Position numbers and translations under genes: made by a program. 64,000 nucleotides of DNA, taken from positions 248,001 through 312,000 of the forward strand of contig LSRY02000054.1 in the NCBI GenBank assembly GCA_001643675.2, in the 5' to 3' direction. The notes beneath the pieces were generated by a model that was not told the origin of the DNA, searched no databases, and saw nothing but the letters and a program-made list of their open reading frames with translations. The stretch is from Monocercomonoides exilis PA203. Taxonomy: Eukaryota; Protista; Preaxostyla. Below are positions 23,101 to 35,507 of the stretch, in pieces; within the stretch, counting starts at the first letter, position 1, and every line of letters begins with the position of its first letter.

Positions 23101-26100
23101 TCTCGCTCTGGTATTTCACAACTCTCAGCAGAAGATCTTCTTCCCCCACAAACGAATCTGTCGTGCATCCCCATATCGCCAGATCTTTCACAAATGGTGC
23201 TCTGAAATCCAAAAGGAATTGCTCATCAACTATTTGTGTGTCAATCGAGTGGCATCTCACATAAACATCTCTTCCTCTGAATGCAGAGTTATCTCTGAAT
23301 GTGATATTTGACAGAATAAAATTCAGAGGCTGCTCAACCACCGTGGTGCATTCCAGAAACAGCCACCCGCCTCTTCCTGTGGTGGAGCAGAAGCACTCAG
23401 AAATCGTGCAAAATGAGCACTCAAAGCTTCCTCCCTCATTCAACACACAAAACATCCCTCCTCCCTTTCCACACTTCAACCCTCCACACTTCTTCATCGT
23501 TGTGTTTCGAATCACAATTTTGAAAGGATTATCATTCTCATTTCGAATGATGGGAATATCATTGGTTGTGTTCTGAGTGACTTCTTCAAACAAACTCCAT
23601 TCAATAAGAACATCTTGTTCCTCTTCATTGTTCTTTCTTTTTGAATTCTTTGAAATGCTCAATCCGCTTGCTCCATCCAGATCAACATTCTTCATCGTCA
23701 GATTTTTCACATTCAATATCGTTGTTGACAAAACAGAAATAACATCTTTTGAAAAGCTGAGTGATTGCATTGTTACAAATTCCAATTGAACTGTGCCTCC
23801 ATCTGCTTTGATCAGACCATAATTCATTATTTCTTCTCCACTTTCTTCATTTTTTGTGAATGAGCAGTCTTTCAGAGTCAACAGTCCTTCACTTGAACCA
23901 ACATGCATCAAATAGTTGACTCCACTTGTGAATGAAGGAGGTATCACAAAGCTAATCAGTTCGAAATTGGAAATGCCCTGAATCTTCATTGCTGCTTCTT
24001 CTGCTCCTTCAAGCGATGAGAGACATTCCAAAGAGCACATTTCTTCATCGTCCGATTTCACTGATATTCCACTCACATCAACACATTTCTGAAGATTCCC
24101 TTTTCCAATGATGTTTATATTTCTTTCATTTCCCTCTGGCAATCGATCCAAAGAATAATCGATTGAAAGACAAGGATAATCTGAAAGACCACAAATGCAT
24201 ACATCTTTTCCATCATCACTAACAACTATTTCTGAGCCAAATGTTCGCCAGAAATAGACAAGTGGAATAGCATTCGTTGTGTCATTCCCATCAAAGCCTC
24301 TCATCGAATCCAATAAAATATCAGAAAGATTCTCAGATACAAATGGAAGTGAGTCATTTGTGATGCTCTTTGTCAAGTTGAATGACTCAACAAAAAGATC
24401 ATTTCCATATCTCGCAGTATTTGGCTTATCAGAATCAAAAACAGGGGATGATATCACAAAAGAAGAATAGTCATCAATCAATTTCAGTGCCATCCCTCCT
24501 CCAAACCCAATCTTCTCTTCTTCAGCTGGTGCTGTGCATCCTGTGAATGTGCATGAAATAACATTCATTTGAGTGTTCCCTTTCAATTGGGCATTGATAG
24601 CCCCTCCTCTGCTTTCATCAGCCATCACAGAGCATTCCTCAAAATCACATTCTTCAATATTCATTTCACCATTTGAATTTTCATCTTTGCTGTTGTCAAT
24701 GCTCACACAGCTTCCACTTCCAGATGTTCTTTCTATTTCTGTGAAATTACTTTTTGTCATGTTCAACCATAGAGTGTTCATCAACTCGATCTTTGTTCCA
24801 CATCCACACAAAGAGATCAACGGATTTCCACTCAAAGTGATTGACGAAGCTGAAAACGAATCAACTGACAAGGTGCCAGATTCGACAGATAAGAATAGCA
24901 ATAACAATTCTGATGTTGGATTTTGAAGAGAAAGAGAACAGCGAGACAGAGTCAACGAAGAAGAAGATGATGAAATAAAAGTGGAGTGTGAAGAAAGAAA
25001 AGGAGGAAGAGAGAAGATGAGATTTGACAAGACTGTTTCAACACTTGCTGTTATCATCGCAGCATCAGATTCAATTTCAAAATCGGAGACGATCCATCCA
25101 CTTTGATCGCTGTTTCCTCTGATTTCATGCTTTTGCTCAGCAAAGGCCAATTCATCACTCATCTGAATCATTCCATTAACAACGATATTCTTTTCTACTG
25201 TTTGTCGTGTGAGTGAGTGCTTCATTGTCAAACAAGGGAATTGGACAATTCCACAATGTGAGTGATCGGATGCCTCGGAATGGCTCACATATATTTCTTC
25301 TGGGGTAGGAAGGAGATAGATGCACAGAGGAATGGCCACACTTGTGTTTCCATTGTCATATCCTCGAACTTTGTCAAAAGAATCCAAAGAGGCTGTCACA
25401 CATGTGATTTTTTGTGACTTTGCGGTCACTTCCAGATTGGGTGAAATGACGAAGATATCATTCCCCCATTTGGCTGTGTTTGTTCCAAACGAAGAGGATA
25501 TCAGAAAATTGGGATTTTCAGTAGATAATAGAAGAAGAATTCCTCCCCCAAGACCATTGGACGTTGAGCAAAAGCAGCCATCTAAATTGCCACCTTTCAC
25601 TTTCACTTCATTTTCATTCCCAACACACAGCATCATTGATCCTCCATTTTCTGAACTTGTGCTTCCACATCCTAAAAATGAACAAGAATCCAGATTCATG
25701 TTTGCCTTATCGTTGGAAAACGATATCACAGCTGATCCGCTTGTTGTTCTCTCAATCCCATTAAAAGTGCATTCTGAAAGTGTCAATGAAATCTCATTTG
25801 TTGAAGAAAGCGAAAACAATGAATTTGTGGAGATTGTCTTTGCCCAGTTCACATGTTCCATCTGAAACACCCCATTCTGAACATTTATCAGTTCTGTTGA
25901 AAAAGCTGTTTCTGAAGTTTGCCCACTTCCAGAAGATATGTTCAATCTGCTAGTATATATTTCTCCTGTTCCTGTGATCTCAAACAGTCTTGAACCACGA
26001 TTATTTTCATATGCACAGTCATACACAAGAACAAAGTCTCTGGCAGTCAACGTTCCTGTTGAGACTGAAAAAAGAGTCAATCCAGCTTCCTCTAAATTTG

Positions 26101-27908
26101 TCCGCATTGTTGAACTCAAATCGCTTTGGCCATATATTGTGAAAGAATTGATGTTGCAGTCCACACTTTTTGTCTCTGTGATTGTGCCTGTGAGTATCTC
26201 TATATCAGCAACAAATTCTGGAATCAGCTGAGTGAGTCCGTGGCTGATGGTGCAGCAAGGATGGCTTTCATTGATCCCGCATGAAAAAGTGTCTTTGGAA
26301 TTTGGTTGTGTTTGTACAGAAGAAACAAATCTGATTCTTCCTCCGTAACCATGAAGCCATTCACTTTTATCAATAACGGAATTGAAACTTATACTTACTC
26401 TGTTTCCTGTTTGCCTTGTTGAATAGCATGTCGAATCTATGTTATTTTCCAATGATTTATTTAGGACAATGTCATGTCCTCCTTTTTGGCATGTATTATT
26501 GTGGAAAAAGCAATAATAAAGTAATATTCCATTATTTTTCTCATTTATTGCTTGCGCAACAGCACCTCCTCCACACATCGAATAGCAATTGCAGAATTGG
26601 CAGCTTGATACAACCACTTTATCCTCAGAATTCCAATGCATTATTGCGCCTCCAACGGATGAGGTTGAATGATTTGCTTTGCAAGAGACAAATAATGAAT
26701 TTGTTATGCATTCTTTCAGTATCAAGGTTTTTGTTTGACGAATACATATTGCTCCTCCATCGTCACCTGAAGAACAATTTTGAAAGGAGCAATCATCGAC
26801 AACTGGCTGAGTTGTAATGTTATCAATCATTATTCCTCCACCACCAAATTGTAAGGTTGCAGCTGCAGAACACTGGACGAATGTTGAATGGAGCACAATG
26901 CATTCAGCGATATTCAAAGCATATATTCCTCCTCCAAATGTTGACGAAGCATTGCATCTCGAAAAGGAAGAGTTCTCAACAGAAAGGATTGCATTTGCAT
27001 TGTCATGAACATAAAGAGCACCTCCTTGTGGTGCTGTGCAATCAGTCCATTCACACAACGAAAAGGATTGGCTATCTGTAAAATTCATTTGTCCTTTTTT
27101 CTCAAGTGTATTTGTTTCTCTTTTCCCAAAAAGAGTAGTTGTGTTTTTGCAGACAAATTTCTCTGAAGAAAGAGATCCACTCGAAATCCCTCCTTCAAAG
27201 GCATTCACACACGAAAATATGAAGCAGTTCTCCATTGAACTCAACAAGCATGAATGTTCCATTTGATAATCACTGTTCTTGTCATATTTCACAGACATGT
27301 TCCTGAAGGCACAGTTTGAAATCTCTTCACTTTTGCTCTTTCCAGACAAAAGGAAATAATCTGAGGATGAGACAGCCAGATTTGAAATGATCGAATTCCT
27401 CAAAATGGCAGAATTTGAATCATCAGATGAAAAAACAAGACTGGAAGGGTTGATATTCATTTGGGGGGTCAAACTCAAATTCACCATGCAGATTGACCCA
27501 CTTTGCAAATGAAAAGGAGATGCTGATTCTTTGTGGGAAATGCACAAATCCAGCATCACACTTGATTTATCTGCCATAAGCATCAAAGGTGAAGAAGAAT
27601 GTTCAACTGCCACATTTTTCAGTCCAACTGTGGAATTGAAGAATCCCAAAAATGTGTTTTTCACTGTAGATATTCCTGACTGCAATGTTTTCTCTCCTGA
27701 AAATGAACTCTGTCGGAACAAATAATCATTATCGACTTTCGATTGAAATTGTGCATCATTTGTGTTTCCTTCACCAAAATAAACACTATTAATGAAAAAC
27801 ACAAAAATCCAAAAGAATACCTTTGTTTTCCAATGTGGCTGTTCCAGAAAGATCTCGTGCTTCAAATGCCTTTCCAAGAATCAAACATACAGCAAGGAGC
27901 AAATGCAT
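20159..27908 (-). CDS. Giant type-I membrane receptor-like protein A: signal peptide, Cys-rich GGAI/beta-helix-like ectodomain, TM helix, kinase-like (probably pseudokinase) tail
   Basis: Exon 1 27908..27821 encodes MHLLLAVCLILGKAFEARD...NK. A GT..AG phase-1 intron 27820..27769 joins it in frame to the 2572-aa ORF. Contains GGAL/GGAI/GGGI motifs, four CG-x-PC-x-T/S modules, TM WLLIVIIMAVILLIVLIVSIVMTI, and kinase C-lobe motifs RWKAPE..SFSTGMMLWECLTLQIPF..GERP. Confidence 0.9.
20409..21288. repeat. 880-bp inverted repeat arm, apparently identical to 45233..46112
   Basis: The reverse complement matches 45233..46112 with no net indel (coordinate sum 66521 at both ends). Alternative-frame ORF translations are also identical (20538..20783 vs 45738..45983). 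Confidence 0.9.
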
Positions 27909-30771
27909 TCTCGAATGGATTGATAATCAATTTTGATTAGAAAATTTTTATTTTTTTCCGGATGATCAAATAGAAATAAATAATGGTTGTCAACACAATT
28001 GGAAAGAAAAAAGGATTTCTTTCAGCGATCATTTTGAGAGCATGCGAAAAACATCCGAGGCACTTCCAAAGCAATGTCATTTCTTCCGTTCTGCCCAGCC
28101 ATGAATCGGTGTCTGCTGAAGCATGTGATAATTTTTCATATCAAAGAATATAAAATAAACAATAAAAAGGATGAAGTTTGAAATAATAATGAATAATAAT
28201 AGAAAAAAAAAGTAATATCCGGAGATATGAAATATGCTCAAATTAATATATCACAAATAAAATAAGAACCAATCTTGCATCACTTGTGAATCAATAATAA
28301 AATATTATTATTTCTGAAAATTTTAGATTTTTCAGAAAAAGTCGAATTCTTCGTGTTTGTGGCATTGATCGTATTGAACATAAACAAGAAACTCATCAAA
28401 CAGAAATATCAGCCCAATAAAGGAACAAAAAGTAAAACTTCTATTTCAAAGCACATACCCTCAATAATTACTCTTTGAAAAGGTGCTATTTCGAATTGTC
28501 AAATGTCTCCTCTCCCAACACAATTCAATGGAGATTCCTTCTTCACCAGTTGTTCCAATATTCGCTGAAAACATAAAGTGACAATCTTTCTGCTTCATTC
28601 TGTTTTTGCCGTTGCAAGTGTTCATCCACCTTCTCTGTCTTCTTCCTCTTCTCTCTTCTTCTCATCTTCTCATCTTCTTTTCATTTACCCTTTCTCCCTT
28701 GACAGATTAGCATTCTTTCCCTCAATCCTATTCCACAGTTTCTCTTCATTTTCTTCTTCTCTCTCTTTCTCCCTCTTCCCTTCTCTTTTTTCCTTATCAT
28801 TCTTCCCAAGCATCATAAATAAATTCATCTTTTCCCTCCAACTGTAATCTTTTTTCTGTCCAAACCTCAAACACCAGATTTCCTCTTCTTCAAAGAAATC
28901 TTGTGGGGAGTGATTCATCGTTATCATCCCCTTTCCTAAACTTTCTCTTCATTTCCACTATTCTCCATTCTTCCCTTCACGCTCTCTCCTGTTTCACCTT
29001 GTTGCATCGCTTCTCCAGCTTCTTCACACAAAACATCCAAATGCATTCTTCTCCTTTATTCGTCCTCCCCTTTCTTACTCCTTCTCAATTTTTCTTTTTC
29101 ATCCATTTTGGGAAGCATCAGGTGTTTAACATTCAAAAATACCCATCTGTTTATTTTCTGCGAGATGAAACTTTTTTAAGACCGCTTGTTCTGATTGAGA
29201 AGAGATGTTTCGTGAAACCTTCTCTGCATATATTCTTGAAAAAATAAAAATACAAATAAAAATAAAATTTTTTTTTATTTTGTTATTATAATTCAAAAAA
29301 TACATTTTCCAAAAAAAAAAATAAAGAAAAATAAAATAAATCAAAAAGTTTTCTATTTTCTTTTCATTCCGAAAATTTTTCATCATTCAAAAAAATCATT
29401 AATTTTTGCAAACAAACACTTGCACATTTTGTCCTTCTTCATTTGCTAAGCTTTCCTTTTGAGAAATATCAACAACCTCATTTGCCTCTTCTCCCTTCTC
29501 AATCTTTTGTTCCTCGCTTTCCGTTCTGCATTTGCCCTGCCCCCATCTCTTCCTTCTTCCTCCAAATAACTTCATCCTTTCATTCTCTTTTCCATCTTCT
29601 TCTTTTTCCTGTCTATCACCGCTCGCTTTCAATTTATTCAATAATGTTGTTTTTTCTTCCCATGAAAATCCTTCCAATGCGAAATTGTTCAACGTCAGAG
29701 CTTTTTCTGATCAATTGCATGCCCTTGAATAAAATCTGGTATGTCTTCAAAATGCCTCTTGTTGAAATACCTAAAAAGGGAAAGATATTGTGAAAGCGAA
29801 TGGAACAGAATAAATGAATAAATAATTCAAACCTCACAACAAATGCAAAGAAATTGATGTCCAACGACTGTTCCAAACATTGTTCCTTTCAATAAAAAGC
29901 AGCCAATGCATTTTTAGCAAATCCAATAAGATTTGCATGTAAACGGCAGCATGCTCAACAAAGGATGAAGGCTTTGAGAGAATTGATTGTTATTTTTGTG
30001 AAACTGTCGAAATCGCTGGAATCCTTTTGGTTTCGCCTAGCAAGGCAAATAAATGCATAAACTATCAAAAACACGTTGCACATAAAATAGTGGAGTCTTT
30101 AAGTGCATCCTTGAAAGCTATCTGATAAATGCTGCTTTTTGTAAATGAAATCGATATCTCCTCCATTGTTTGAAACATTTTGACTCTGGCAAATAAAAGA
30201 GGGACTGTCATTGAACTGTGTGTTGGATGTATTGCAGTTCTTCCGAATACCGTTTGTTCGCGTCGTTGAGCTGCGTTGGAAGAATTATGATTTGTCGATT
30301 GTCCTTCCTTTGAAATAACCCTCACTTCCAATCTTTTTGCTTTGACAGTTCCATCACTAAAAAAAGAGTTAAATAATTAATACCCTTTCTTTTTCAATGC
30401 CGCTCCAAAAATAAGGTTTTATAAAGAATTTACAGTTATCAAATCATCTATTATGGTTGAACGAAAGAAAAAATGAGAATTAACAAGTGATTTATTCAAT
30501 ATTATATACTTTGTATAAAACATATATGAGTGACTATTTCTCTTCCATCATTTGACTAATTATGTTTTTCGTTTATTTTAATAAATTATTATTCAAATTC
30601 TTTTTTATCGATGGAAGTTTTCAAAAAATATAAAACTTTAGGTTTAAATGTTTTCTGTCAAATGATAAGTTTTCGTTTTTTGCTTGTAGTGAAAGTGATT
30701 TATCTCAAAAAATATTTCTTGAATCAATCATGAAGAAAAATATAAAGTGGTTTTTTTATCAGGACTTTTTC

Positions 30772-31779
30772 TTTATCCAAACAAAAATAAAAAATTAAAA
30801 TATCTCAACAAATATACTATAATAGTTTTCAGAAATTTGCACAGTTGAATGTTAGCATATATAACATCGATTCATATACAAAATTTTAATAGCAGTGTTG
30901 TATATTTTTTGAAATAAAAAATTTTTATTTTTTGAAAATCCGACTTTTGATGAATTTTTCTATTTTCATAACACGATTCAATTCATCTTTTTCACATATA
31001 ACCTATTTTTTCCATGATACAAACAATTCTGGCTATTTTTTATTTTCGGTAATTTGCTCGTTTGGACTGAATGGAAATTTGTCATTTTTGAAAAATCATT
31101 GTCAATGGGACAACAAAAAAAATATTTTTCATTAAATGAAAAAGCGTCCAAGTGAATTTAACACATGCGTCAATTAATATAAATATTATATATAATTACC
31201 ACAAAGTTATTATTTAAAATGTTTCAGCAGGGATTTCAAAAAATAAATGTTATTCGAATTTCAATGAAATTGAATATCAAAAATCATCAATTATGAAAAC
31301 AAATGAAGCTTTTGAAATCCCTGCTGAATCATTTTTAATGACAATTTTGTGCAAATATTATATAACTATTATATTTATCAATGCAAGTGTTGGTTTCAGT
31401 TAGATGCTCCTTCATTTAATGAAAAATATTTTTTTTGTTGTCCCATTGACAATGATTTTTCAAAAATGACAAATTTCCATTCAGTCCAAACGAGCAAATT
31501 ACCGAAAATAAAAAATAGCCAGAATTGTTTGTATCATGGAAAAAATAGGTTATATGTGAAAAAGATGAATTGAATCGTGTTATGAAAATAGAAAAATTCA
31601 TCAAAAGTCGGATTTTCAAAAAATAAAAATTTTTTATTTCAAAAAATATACAACACTGCTATTAAAATTTTGTATATGAATCGATGTTATATATGCTAAC
31701 ATTCAACTGTGCAAATTTCTGAAAACTATTATAGTATATTTGTTGAGATATTTTAATTTTTTATTTTTGTTTGGATAAA
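30772..31779. repeat. ~1-kb foldback: 369-bp perfect arms (30772..31140 and 31411..31779) around a 270-bp imperfect palindromic core
   Basis: The arms are reverse complements (coordinate sum 62551), giving identical 67-aa ORFs on opposite strands. The core also self-pairs, e.g. ttcagcagggatttcaaaa with ttttgaaatccctgctgaa. Confidence 0.95.
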
Positions 31780-32055
31780 AAAACCACCCTATTTTATTTT
31801 TTAGAGAAGAAATTGTTAACGAGTGAAAACAATCTGTCAACTTCATAGGAAAAAAAATACGTTTTCTTTAAAAAAAGAGACAAAAAATCAAATGATGAGA
31901 ATGAAGTGCTTTTTTTGAAATTTGAAATTCTTGTTGATTTTATTCTGAATATTAATTGCAATTGGGAAATGGTTATGATACTACCAGAAAAAAATTCATG
32001 ACATAACGATTTCTTTTTAATATTCTAATCAGAAAAATCGTAAGAACAATGAAGT

Positions 32056-32313
32056 TGTGTGATTATTTTTGAAATCATATTTTTTCTTTCAATAATTTCT
32101 GTTCGAAAATTTCATTTGAATATTAACAAAAGTACACTGGAAAGAAAAAACATTAATAAAAAATATCTTCATTTTTGAATAGGCTTATTCATTGGTTTTT
32201 GAAATGGTTTTGATGAAATAATTCATAAAAATACAAAATCTCTATTCAATGACAAACACCAATTGAAAAATCAACACATCGAAAAAATTTATGATTTCAA
32301 AGATAATTACCCA
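32056..32313. mobile_element. MITE-like ~260-bp element, copy 3 (opposite orientation to copies 1 and 2)
   Basis: TIRs tgtgtgattatttttgaaatcat and atgatttcaaagataattaccca match 20/23. The interior is reverse-complement similar to 17040 onward and 19145 onward. Confidence 0.7.
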
Positions 32314-32709
32314 GTTAAAGAATGTTTTTATCATCAATTTTGATAAAAAAAAGAAAGTTATTATTTTCTCAATTTTTGAATATAAAAAAAAAATATTTTC
32401 TTATAAAGCCCAAATATCTTTATGAAAAGAAATTAAAATGAAATTTCTTAAAGGGTAAACCCTAACTCATATAGTTCTGTTGTTAAAATTAGTAAATAAG
32501 GAAAAAAAACCTTAAAGAAAGCATGCAAATTAGATGATGGACTTGATTAAAGATTTTCATCTCTATAAGATTCATAACATTGGGTGATAATTAAATTTCT
32601 GAAAAGAATTTTCAAATAGACCTTAATTAATGAGCACATTAAGCTCAGTTTCGATACAGTTTTAGGTATTTTCAAGAAAAAAATCATTGTTGGACGCATG
32701 ATCCCTATT

Positions 32710-32970
32710 TGCCTCACAATTTATTGAATTTAATTTCTTATATCAATATTTTCTATTTGAGAATTCAATTTGTTTCTGACAAATAAACACTGAAAAGTGA
32801 TAAATTCTTTCAAAGTAATATTTTTCATGAAAACAATCTCAAACATCTTTGTTTTTGACAATTATCATAAACTTTGTTTTTGAATGAAAAAATCCCTATC
32901 CAAAGAAATAAAATTTAAGAAAAATCTCTACTCCGAAAAAAGTTATAGTTTCAAATATCATTTCCAACAT
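32710..32970. mobile_element. MITE-like element, copy 4 (degenerate)
   Basis: The end ccgaaaaaagttatagtttcaaatatcatttccaaca and the internal cactgaaaag resemble copy 3 in register. Confidence 0.4.
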
Positions 32971-33713
32971 AGATTTGTTCCGCACTTTATCTGCAATTAT
33001 ATCGTAATATTATTTCCATGGCAATACAAAAAATATGAAAAAAAACATTTCATGGAACAAAATTAATGAAGCAAAAAATATCGTTCCGTTTGAAGTTTTT
33101 CAAGTTATTGTCTTCGCTTAAGAATAATTTGATTTCGAATATTAGTTTTCAACTTTTGCTAAATGTTTATCGACTTTGAACAAATTTTGGTGATATTAAA
33201 CCAAAAAGAATGTGGGAAATAATCGTTCTGACAAATATTTTCTGAAAAAAAATTGATATGTTTTGTTTTTGAAAAAATGGATTAATTACAAAAATCTCCA
33301 AACAATTATTTCTCATTCCTCATAAATTACCAAAGTCATTTCAATTAGTTGAAGAAAAACAAACTGAGAAGTGAATAATTTTTTGTTGGAATTAGAAATG
33401 CAGTCTTAATAAAAACACATGAAAACACTTCGAGAAATAAAGTTGATGCAAGGAATTCAAATTATCGAAACAACAAAAATGAATCCATAGGATACAAAAA
33501 ATTTATGAAACATAATTTGTTAATAAAACTTTGATAACACCAAACAAAATTCTTTTATTGTTTGAAATCGATTTCGGCAAACAGCAATGATGAATGTTAC
33601 AATTCAAAACCCGTATGATGATGAGAAATCTTGCAAATGTCACAGTTTCAAATACTCAAAATGAACAAAAATAAAAAGTGTTTCACAACAATTTGTGATT
33701 ACGAACTTCAAAA

Positions 33714-35160
33714 CTAATTTAAAGCAAAACCTGATTGATAATATGCAATGTCTTGAACGCTGTTGTGATTCATGCCTTCCCTAAACAACTTTTTCCTTTG
33801 TTTTTTCATCAACACAATAACAAGCATGGTTATAACAAAAACAACAGAGATAAAGCAACCCAATGATATGTATAATGCATTTTTCATTCGTCTTCGAAAT
33901 TTCTCATCCTCAGCACGAAAGTCTGGCGCTGCAATAGGAGTCTCTGGAAGTTCCACATAAAATTCAGGTGTCACTCTTGTTCCGTTTCCGTTGTCATTGG
34001 CAGATGGATATTCTATTTGCACAGCAATAACATTTGCTCCGTCGAATTCATTCAAACCTGCGCGTTCGAATATCGATTCATGCGACATATTCGAATATTA
34101 TTTTGAAATTACATTTTTTTCAGTTTTATTATTCGCGTAAAATGACAACAAAACATTCATTTCACAAGGCGCAAAACCAAAGCCTGAAATTTGTATGCTA
34201 TGCATTCATTTTTCTTTATTTGTCCAATTTAAAGTCACATTTGCAATGTTCACATGGAAAAAAACGTATTTATCTTGATTTCCATTGTTAACAAATTTGC
34301 ATTTCCCAATGTCCATCCACAAATCCTCTTGTTCTTCTCCACTCTCATGCAACGACATTATCGAAGATATATCCAGCGTCCCTCCATTCTCGCAATGAAC
34401 CGTTCTTTGTAAAATTTGAATAAGAAATAAATCCACGTGTTTGAAATGTGTCATTCTCCATACATAATGTCCCTTCTTTCTGAAATATAAACCAAAACAT
34501 CCCTCCGATAAAAGATGTGTTTTAAACAGAAGTCTGACATTTTGACATTTCCAAATATCCATGTTTCCAAATACAAGCAAGGTTATCTTCGACGATTTGA
34601 ATAAATAATCCATTTCTATGATCCTTAATGCGACAATCAATAAAATATACAAAAGAATCTTAGAAAATTATTAATGGGTCCAACTCCTCTAAATATGAAT
34701 ACTGACTGTAAGCTTCAATTTCAACTTTCTCAAAAGTAACAGAAGATAATTCATCTGAACTCAACAATAAAGCTGTTTTGCAATCATCTGCAAAAGGAAT
34801 CAGGTTGACCAATTTTATTGAGAATTTTGTTGAATGAATCGTAAATAAAGGAAAAGAACTCATCCCACAAGGATGAAGACGTGGAGAATTAAATTCTTCT
34901 TCTCTGAAAATATCAACATTTTCATCAGTGAATTCAGAAGGAGATTGATCCAAATCAGCAGATAAAATTATAAACACAATTTTGCGTTGCGTCAGATAAC
35001 GATTCGAAGCATAACTCATTGATAAACAAGGATGATTTTTATTTCTACAATCTTCTGCATCATCCCCCTCAAAAGAAATACACACTTTTGCCGAATCATT
35101 GCACAAACAAAATTCAGATAAAATAATGGATAAAAGAATTAATTGAAACGCAATCATCAT
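33714..35160 (-). pseudogene. Small type-I membrane protein (one-module relative of the giant receptors), disrupted or unusually spliced
   Basis: Three consecutive minus-strand ORFs. They carry a signal peptide MMIAFQLILLSIILSEFCLC, a D..DC....PCLSMSYA motif like the receptor modules, a CENGG motif, and a C-terminal TM ALYISLGCFISVVFVITMLVIVLM followed by KKQRKK. The frame breaks near 34660 and 34200-34090 are not all explained by clear introns. Confidence 0.55.
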
Positions 35161-35507
35161 TTTTTATATAATTATTAAGGTTTCGGATATTGAAGAAAAC
35201 AGATTGTTCTTCTTTCATTTTTCCCAAATAATTTCACTCCGTTACATAGAATAAAACAAAAATTCTTAATCGCTTTTGGTTTGATCAAACAGAAACAAAA
35301 TATTACCATTTCCATCCTTGTTCGGAGGAGATCTGCTGTTTCATTAGCTTTTTTGTAAAAATTGATTTTTAATAAATCAAGAAAGTTATTGAAGAAATCA
35401 AATTCTGTTTATATTGAGAAACAATCAACAACGGTTTATATTTTCACAAAACTTTTAATTTGATGAACTTTATGAAACACATCGATAACACCTAACAGTG
35501 AAAAAGT

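Noticed and set aside
30932-31619. Two identical 67-aa ORFs on opposite strands
   Set aside because: By-product of the perfect inverted repeat; TTG start and AT-rich composition give no coding signal.
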